From Octopus bimaculoides (lineage: Eukaryota), in the NCBI RefSeq assembly GCF_001194135.2, contig NC_068989.1:3140004-3200477 (forward strand): 60,474 bases of DNA, read 5' to 3'. The notes beneath the pieces were generated by a model. That model did no database searches and was not told the origin of the DNA. It worked only from the letters and a program-made list of their open reading frames with translations. Each line of letters starts with the position of its first letter. The stretch's first letter is position 1. Shown here piece by piece: positions 51,915 to 60,474 of this stretch. The position numbers were made by a program, and so were the translations under genes.

Positions 51915-52914
51915 TGCCCCTGAGGGTAATATTCTCTGGGAACACACAAAAGCCCTTTTCATAGTTATTTATTTTGAATTATTATCTCATATCTGATTAG
52001 CCTGTTATAACGTAACATGCTTCACAATTTTAATATACATACCTTATTAGTATGCACGTATAATACATAATATTATAGTATACACGTATAATACATAACT
52101 TAGAAGCAGCGCTATGGATGTGCCAGCGCACACGACATTGAGACATGGCCACCCTCACACACTTCTCATGAGGAATTCCGGAAGGAGATTCATGAGACCA
52201 ATGCTGAGACGCATTGCTTATAACAAATATATAACCATATATAACCATATATGAATATATTGGCCTTTCATTTTCACATACTTATAATAGACTTTCTGGC
52301 CATTTAAGTACAGAGGTGCAGTTGTACTGGTGCAATCACATGGTGTATTTTTGTTTGTATTCTCAAACAGTGGTATTTAGATGTACATTATCCGATAGGT
52401 TCTTGCTCGGGATGTGATTCAAGGGGGATTTGGCTGTTATTTCCTGTAGGTCATGAAGCTACATACTGGCTTCACCATTGCCTGTTACAGTGATATTTTC
52501 TATTGTTACCTTTATAATTATTTATTTATTTATTATCATACCTGGACGACAAGTGACTAAATAACTCAACATCGTCTACCAATGTTTCTATGTTAAATCA
52601 TGTCATTTTTTTGTATTTTTGTCCATTTGATGGAGAAAGACAACAAAGTCTCTTGGTCTAAAAAAAACAACAACAACAACCAAAAACTTGGGTAAGAAAA
52701 AAAATTGCCTTTAGCCTTCGTCTGTTGTGAAATGACAACGAAAGGTCGAAGCAAGATAGCTAAAAGTCAACAACATTTTATAGAGATTTGTTGAAGAATT
52801 CTGTCCATCAAAGAATTCTTATTTTAGTCACTGAATAAGTCTTTGATTCTTTTGAAGTGATTTGACCATAAAACGATAAATAGAAAAATGTAGGAATATC
52901 TCAAGATAGGTGCT

Positions 52915-53420
52915 GGTTAAGGCTGTGTGGTTGAGAAGCTCACTTTGTGACCATGTGGTGTCAAGTTCAGTCCCATTAAACAGCTCTTAGGGCAAGTGTC
53001 TTCTATTATAACCCCAGGGTGAGCAATGCATTGGGAATGAATTTGGTTGATGGAAACTCTGAAAATCCTGTCATATATATGTACAGATGTTTATGCAAAA
53101 TTTGGGGCCTTGTGCCGAGAGTAGAAAAGATTCTTGTTTAAGAATAATGCATGTGTATGTATGTGTGTGTACACCTTTGTCTTGACCTCATGTGATGATT
53201 GTGAATGAGCATCTTCATCATCATCATCATCATACAAGCGATGCTGTTAATTTCCAGTCTTCCATGGAAAAACATGTCTGGCCATGAGGAAATATTACCC
53301 TGTTTGGAAATAGGTGAAGGTTGATGACAGGAAAGGCATCTGGCTGTAGAAAATCTGCCTCAAATCATTTTGTCTGTCCCATTGCAAGCATGGAAAAATG
53401 GACCCTGAAACAATGGCAAC
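52915..53420 (+). mobile_element. SINE with family-A-like head and RTE-derived tail
   Basis: Head ggctgtgtggttgagaagc...agttcagtccc...gggcaagtgtcttct; tail ggttgatgacaggaaaggcatctggctgtagaaaatc...gcaagcatggaaaaatggac. Confidence 0.7.
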
Positions 53421-53968
53421 AACACTTTAAAGTGAGCCAACAGGAGAGCCTGAATGTGGTAACATGATTGCTAGAAATAGCAACTACATTTTCCTCAAAT
53501 CATATCTGACATAATGTTTAATGTAGTTTGATGTATGAAAGATGTGAAATAATAGACGGAAAGGTCATGGCCGGAATACTTCTGAACATAGGTCTGTCTG
53601 TTCACTCAGAACTGACATGGAGCAAAGCTACAATAACATTGTACAAACATTAAATGTTTTTTCACTGACCCCCAGCAGTTGGTAGTTTTGCAATGGTTAA
53701 TTTCTAAAGCTCTGTTTGTAGAGCCTCGATTTGCTGCCAGCAGCAGATCTGACAATGGCCATTGTATTTCACTTATTGCAGATACAAATTGTATTAACTC
53801 AACGCCGTCAGTGGTGACGACATTGTGAGGAATGATTATTATAAATATGGCTGAAGTTTGTTCATTCATTGTTGATGCAATATTACTCTTGTTTGTAAAG
53901 AAGACTGTTGTTGTTGTTGTTGTTGTCATCATTTGTTGGTTTGCATTGCCTGAATTGTGCAATAGATA

Positions 53969-54002
<34 letters not shown>

Positions 54003-54006
<4 letters not shown>

Positions 54007-54092
54007 TCGTCGTCATCATCGTTTAACCTCCGCTTTCCATGCTAGCATGGGTTGGACGATTTGACTGAGGACTGGTGGACCAGGAGGCAACA
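54003..54092 (-). mobile_element. Short RTE 3' end
   Basis: catcatcgtttaacctccgctttccatgctagcatgggttggacgatttgactgaggactgg. Confidence 0.8.
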
Positions 54093-54879
54093 CCATATAT
54101 ACATATGCATGTACACACACATATGCACACACACATATATGCGCACACGCACATATATGCACACACATGTATATATGCACATATATATATATATATACAC
54201 ACACACGCACACATATATATATATGCACTTACACATGTATACACACNNNNNNNNNNCACCATATATACATATGCATGTACACACACATATGCACACACAC
54301 ATATATATGCGCACACGCACATATATGCACACACACACATATATGCACACACATGTATATATGCACATATATATATATATACACACACACACGCACACAT
54401 ATATATATATGCACTTACACATGTATACACACACGCACATATATACACACACACATATATATGTGTACACACACACATATAAACACACACACATATATAT
54501 ATAGACGTGTGTATATAGGTGTATGTATGGTTGTATATATGCATGAATGTATCTGCAATGCAAACAGTAGCAAACCCATTTGTTGTTTCTGTGTATTTTT
54601 CCTGAACCATACCATTCCTGGTTATAGATTTCCAGCATTTCGTTCACTGCTTTTCCATTGGCAGGAATAACAAGGGAGTCTCTGTGCAACTCAGGCAGAG
54701 TAAATACGTACGGTATTTTTATTTGCTGCATCGATTCATTATTTTAACTTGCTGACTTCATCATGTACTTTAATGTCCCTTTTTCCTTGCTGGCATGGGT
54801 TGCAAGGTTTTACAGGAACTGGCAAAGCAAGGATCTATGCCAAGTTCCAGTGTTTGCGTTGCCAATCACATCTTCAGAG

Positions 54880-55085
54880 CTTCTATTTTTTATTTGTTTC
54901 AGGCATTACTGTGGCCATGCTGGGGCACTGCCTTGAAGAATTTTAGTGGAATGAATTAACCTCAGTGCTTGTTTATTTTTAACTGGTACTTATTCTATCA
55001 GTCTGTTTTTGCTGAACCACTAAGTTACAGGGACATAAACACCACCAACACCAGTTGTCAAGTGGTGGTGGGGTCAGACACACAC
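54880..55085 (-). mobile_element. SINE family A 3' half
   Basis: ttgtttcaggcattactgtggccatgctgggg...gctgaaccactaagttacagggac...ttgtcaagtggtgg. Confidence 0.75.
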
Positions 55086-55194
55086 ACATGCATGCACACA
55101 CACACACGCACAGGGTACAGTGAATAAATCGTCAAAATTACACAGAACAAACACTCACAGATATATGTATATGCAGACACACACTTACATTCAT

Positions 55195-55402
55195 TGCTGC
55201 CTGACTGGCTCCCGTGCTGGTGGCATGTAAAAAGCACCTGCTATACTCTTGGTGTGGTTGGCGTCAGCAAGGGCATCCAGCTGTAGAAACTTTGCTGGAT
55301 CAGATTGGAGCCTGGTGCAGCCTTCTGGCTTCCCAGCCCTCAATCAAACCGTCCAACCCATGCCAGCAGGGAAAGCGGACGTAAAACGATGACAATGATG
55401 AT
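55195..55402 (+). mobile_element. RTE LINE 3' UTR
   Basis: ggttggcgtcagcaagggcatccagctgtagaaac...ccaacccatgccagc..ggaaagcggacgtaaaacgatgac. Confidence 0.85.
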
Positions 55403-55918
55403 ATATATATGTGTGTGTGTGTGTATGCAAATGCAGAGTGGACGCACATACACACACAGAACAGACAAATGCTTACATATACGCACACACACAGCAGACA
55501 AGCACTCACATATACACACATACAGAACAAACACTCGCATACATACACACACATACACATGGCAATTTTACTTAAGATTTTACTTAATGTTGGGAGACTT
55601 TACAAATGCATTCAGATGCATTAATTCACATATATATTCAACATACACATACACACACTCAGACAGACATATAAACATATTCACACACGCACACACATTC
55701 ATATATACACACATCCAAAACAAGCCTCTGATTAAAATAGCACAGTTATTTTTTACCTCTTCAATTTTCTAAGATTTCAATTGTTTTTTTTGTTTTTTAT
55801 TTTAAAAAAATTTTTCTTTCTTTCTTTTCTATTTTTTCCTAATTTCTTAGGCATGATGGCTTAGAAATTTTATAGGTATATCAATATAGTACTATAGTTA
55901 CACACACACACACACACA

Positions 55919-55995
<77 letters not shown>

Positions 55996-56064
55996 ACACA
56001 TGTGTATATAGACGTATTTACATGTTTTTTGTGTTTAAATGTGGCTGCCTGATTGTTTTTGAGG

Positions 56065-56099
<35 letters not shown>

Positions 56100-56362
56100 A
56101 GTGCCTGCATGTATGTACTTGTGTGTGGGTATGTACAGAGATGCTTGTGTATGCAGCTATACAGGTGCTTTTGTGTATGCATATAACTGTATGCATGTCT
56201 ATGAACATGTAAATATGTGTGCATACTTGTACATGTGTATATGCATATGTGAGAGTGGTATGTTAAATTTCAAAACATGTATATGCATACATCGAAGTGA
56301 ATGCTATAAAGTGGTCTGTATTTTTTTAATATAATTTTATAGCTCATTTAAATACCTTCCAG

Positions 56363-56397
<35 letters not shown>

Positions 56398-56593
56398 CAC
56401 AAATGCTGGAGTTCTTTAGTTTGTTTTCAGGCATCACAGCTAATGCTGTATTTAAGTAGTACCTTCCAACTGTTTGTGTATGAATATGTATGTATCATCA
56501 TCATCATCATTTGATGTCTATTTTCCTTGTCAGCATGGGTTAGACATTGGTATATATATTTTTGTTATACATGTGTATCTGTAGCACTGTGTA

Positions 56594-56750
56594 GGCATGG
56601 CTGTGTGGTAAGAAGCCTGCTTCCTGATCAGATGATTTGAAGTTCAGTCCCACTGCGTGGCACCTTGGGCAAATGTCTTCTGCTATAGCCTCAGGCCAAC
56701 CAAGTCCTTGTGAGTTGATAGGTAGGTGGAAACTAAAAGAACCCCATCAT
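56594..56750 (+). mobile_element. SINE family A head
   Basis: ggcatggctgtgtggtaagaagc...agttcagtcccactgcgtggcaccttgggc. Confidence 0.8.
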
Positions 56751-57676
56751 TTCAGGCCTTGAATGATAATATTGATTCCCTTTGGTGGCGTCAGTGAAGC
56801 TGCTGGCAAATAGTGAGCAAACAAACAAGAGTCCAAACACGACAGAAAGTGAATATACAAACGAAAATGAAATAAATATAAATCATACAAACGAAATAAT
56901 ATTCGAGACAACGAGTGGACAAAAGACAAAGATGAAAACGAACGTGACAGAATGTGGACAGAGAAAGGAGATGAAATGAAATGAAGAGAATAAGGCCTTA
57001 TTGCTCAGGCATTGAAAATATAAGTAACGCCAGGGAGAGTATGCTGGAAGATTGGAAACAAAATGAACACCAGAGAGACAACAGACTGAGTTGAAAGTGG
57101 GAGAAACAAGACTGGCTGCCTTGGCGATTGGCAAGGAAAGGAAATGGAGAAAGGAGGTGATGGGGACCAAAGGTCATGTGTCAGTGGTAGAAGGCAGAGG
57201 AACCTTTCAGCACTCCCTCATATATTTCTGTCTTTATGTCTATAGAAGATGCTTTCTCAAGACAAATACTCTAGTTTCCAGCATTTCTACAGCATATCTG
57301 TGTTAAGTATTATATACAGAATGCTAATTTGAACTAATACTGCTTCTCTCATCAGTAACAAATACACACACAGATAACCTAAGTGCTGTGGTTCATATTC
57401 CCTTTTCTTTAAACATAAAAACTTGTATGGATAATATCTTCCTTAACTTAGGAGATAAACACTTTCCCATATGAGTAGGTTCCATATGGGTTCCTTTAAG
57501 TTGTGCACCCAACATAAAAAAAGAATATTTGTAGGTAGGCTCACACCTGAGACAGAGGCAGGATGCTCCTGCAGAGGCATCCAATTCCTCTCTGACCCAT
57601 GCAAACATGGAAAAGTGGATGTTAAATGATCATGTGTGTGTTAATATTTTGCTTAGGTGTATGTATATATATATAT

Positions 57677-58375
57677 GTGCTGTGCACGAGAAGACTCGGC
57701 AAGCCAAGTAAGATCGTTGCCAGTGCCCCTGGACTGGCTCTTGTGTGGGTGGCACATGAGATGCACCATTTTGAGCGTGGCCGTTGCCAGTACCGCCTGA
57801 CTGGCTCCCGTAGGATTTTCGAGTGAGATCGTTGCCAGTGCCCCTGGAATGGCTTGTGCGGGTGGCACATAAAAGACACCATTTCGAGCGTGGCCGTTTT
57901 CGTGCGGGTGACACGTAAAAGCTCCCACTACACTCTCTGAGTGGTTGGCGTTAGGAAGGGCATCCAGCTGTAGAAACTCTGCCAAATTATATTGGAGCCT
58001 GGTGTTGCCATCCGGTTTCACCAGTCCTCAGTCAAATCGTCCAACCCATGCTAGCATGGAAAGCGGACGTTAAACGATGATGATGATGATGATGATATAT
58101 AGTGCCCCTTGACTGGCTCCTGTGACAGTGATACATAAAAAGCACCATCCAGATGTGGTTGATGCCAATGCCACCTGACTGGCTCCCATGCCAGTGGCAC
58201 ATAGAAAGCACCCACTATACTCTTCGAGTGGTTGGCGCTAGGAAGGGCATCCAGCTGTAGAAACTCTGCCAGATCAGATTGGAGCCTGGCGCAGCCTACT
58301 GGCTTGCTAGTCCTCAGTCAAACTGTCCAACCCATACCAGCCTGGAAAGCGGATGTTAAATGATGATGATGATTA
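57677..58375 (+). mobile_element. Two tandem RTE LINE 3' ends
   Basis: AVHEKTRQAK* ORF end, internally duplicated gatcgttgccagtgcccctgga, (ATG)n tails at about 58077-58095 and 58360-58378. Confidence 0.85.
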
Positions 58376-58476
58376 TGATATACATACACTATATATATGT
58401 GTGTGTATGTATGTGAGTGCACGTATGTATATGTGTGTGTATGTGTATCTGTGTATATTAATATTTTGCTTAGGTG

Positions 58477-58522
<46 letters not shown>

Positions 58523-58572
58523 TACACACACACACACATATATAATCTTAATATTTTGTTTAGTCGTCTGTG

Positions 58573-58609
<37 letters not shown>

Positions 58610-59065
58610 TTACCCATCCCATCTCCAAACCATAAATATACAGATCATGAAAAGGCAGAAATATATAAAAAAAAATAAAGCAAATAAATAAGAAATGATT
58701 AAGAAAGCCAACAGAAATAAAAAAGAACAAGTGCAAAAAGTTTCTAAAAAATTATTAAAAAAATTTCCATTTATTTATATTTCAACATTTCCTAAATCTT
58801 TTCTCTTTTTTTTTTTCTTTATTCACTTATGGATTTTAATTCTGTATTTGTTGGGTATTTCTGCAGGGGTCTGAAGTTGTGTGTAGAATCAATACTTGTT
58901 ANNNNNNNNNNCTCTTCTTTGTTTCCTCAAAAAGGATAAAAAAAAATATCGATAGAATAAGTAACGAGCTTTAAGAAAAAGTGTACGGGGGTTGATTCAT
59001 TCAGCTTAGATTCTTTAAGGAGGTGCCCAAGCATGGCCACAATCTAATGACTGAAACCAGTAAAA

Positions 59066-59472
59066 GCAGGAGTGGCTGTGTGGTAAGTAGCTTGCTTACC
59101 AACCACATAGCACCTTGGGCAAGTGTCTTCTACTATAGCCTCGGGCCGACCGAAGCCTTGTGAGTGGATTTGGTAGACGGAAACTGAAAGAAGCCTGTCG
59201 TATATATGTGTATATATATATATATATAGATAGATATATATAGATATATGTGTGTGTGTGTGTGTGTAAATGTCTGTGTTTGTCCCCCCCAACATCGCTT
59301 GACAACCGATGTTGGTGTATTTACGTTCCCGTAACTTAGCAGTTTGGCAAAAGAGACCAGTAGAATAAGTACTAGGATTACAAAGAATAAGTCCTGGGGT
59401 CGATTTGCTCGACTAAAGGCAGTGCTCCAGCATGGCCACAGTCAAATGACTGAAACAAGTAAAAGAGTAAAG
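59066..59472 (+). mobile_element. SINE family A, young copy (CpGs retained; B-box segment deleted)
   Basis: gcaggagtggctgtgtgg...ctcgggccgaccgaagcc...gggtcgatttgctcgactaaagg...aagtaaaagagtaaa. Confidence 0.9.
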
Positions 59473-59482
59473 TGTATATATA

Positions 59483-59754
59483 TAGGGTGCGGTGAATAAA
59501 CTGTCGTCTAATTTGCACAGAAATGAAAATAACACAGACATTTCATTTCAACAGATATATTTACCAAAATTACTTTAAAATATCTTGGAATATTAAAGAG
59601 TAAATTTATTCAATAAAATCGCCATTGGCTTCAACTACGCCCTCCAGACGACTTTGGAATCTCCTGCAACTCTTCTGGACGGTCTCCTTATTTAAGTTGG
59701 TGAATGCTGCCATAATCGTTGTCTTCAGGTCATCTTTGGTGTTACAAGGAGTTG
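59483..59754 (-). mobile_element. Tc1/mariner-superfamily 3' end with terminal repeat
   Basis: Minus strand reads TPCNTKDDLKTTIMAAFTNLNKETVQKSCRRFQSRLEGVVEANGDFIE* (stop 59606-59608); terminus TA|TAGGGTGCGGTGAATAAAC. Confidence 0.85.
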
Positions 59755-59961
59755 TTTATCATGCAGCTTTGCAATAAGCTCCAGGTCGACAAGTTATATC
59801 ATTGCTTGAAAAATATTGGTCAAGTTAAATAAAATTTTATAAGTATTCAATGCATGGAGTGTCATTGTTGGGCCCAAGGCCCAATGAAGAGCCCTCCACA
59901 GGAGCTAGCTTAAATGCTGCCTGATGGGACAGCTTTTGAGCTAGTAGGTATATATATATAT

Positions 59962-60322
59962 TTTACTCTTTTACTTGTTTCAGTCATTTGACTGCAGCCA
60001 TGCTGGAGCATCGCCTTAAAGGGTTTTAGTCAAAGAAATTGACCTCAGGACTTATTCTTTATAAGTCTCATACTTATTCTATCAGATACTTTTGCTGAAC
60101 CACTAAGTTATGGGGACGTGAACACACCAGCATCAGTTGTCAAGCGATAGCAGGGAAACAAGCACAAACACACACATGAATACACACACACACATATGGC
60201 AGGCTTCTTTTAATTTCCATCCACCAAATCCACCCACAAAGCTTTGGTTGGCCAGAGGCTGGTGCCACGTAGTGGGATTGAACCCAGAACTGTGTGGTTG
60301 GGAAGCAAGTATCCTACCACAC
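59962..60322 (-). mobile_element. SINE family A
   Basis: tttactcttttacttgtttcagtcatttgactgcagccatgctggagc...gtagtgggattgaacccag. Confidence 0.85.
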
Positions 60323-60474
60323 TTGTACCTATTAGTGTGTATATATATATATATGTGTATATATATATATATGTGTATATATATATATATATATGTGTAT
60401 ATATATATATATATATGTGTATATATATATATATATATGTGTATATATATATATATATATGTGTATATATATAT

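Noticed and set aside
53606-53930. Minus-strand ORF with non-repetitive middle
   Set aside because: It starts in microsatellite, with no clear splice sites and no family resemblance.
54093-54430. About 150-bp direct duplication around a 10-N gap
   Set aside because: Likely assembly artefact in a low-complexity tract.

Overview
AT-rich, microsatellite-dense animal genomic DNA with several N gaps. The repeat families (tRNA-derived SINEs, RTE-LINE 3' ends with (ATG)n tails, Tc1/mariner and hAT MITEs) look like an octopod cephalopod; this is inference from repeat style, not a database match. Almost all ORFs in the supplied track are microsatellite or gap artefacts. I can support only one host coding exon (8799-9020, minus strand, 74 codons, GTAAGT donor, two PKA-type RRxS motifs, gene not identified), so the window is probably mostly intron or 5' region of one long gene. 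The rest is transposon debris: RTE and CR1/L2-like LINE fragments, three Tc1/mariner transposase relics, a Penelope-like GIY-YIG fragment and many SINEs/MITEs. Three things stand out. (1) There are four sequence-unrelated type I hammerhead ribozyme motifs (2885+, 23744+, 32014-, 38928-); the first is fully intact and has a palindromic helix III. (2) Several long fold-back structures could form dsRNA. (3) A CpG-rich domain (about 7.1-35.5 kb) has a different transposon population from the CpG-depleted flanks.
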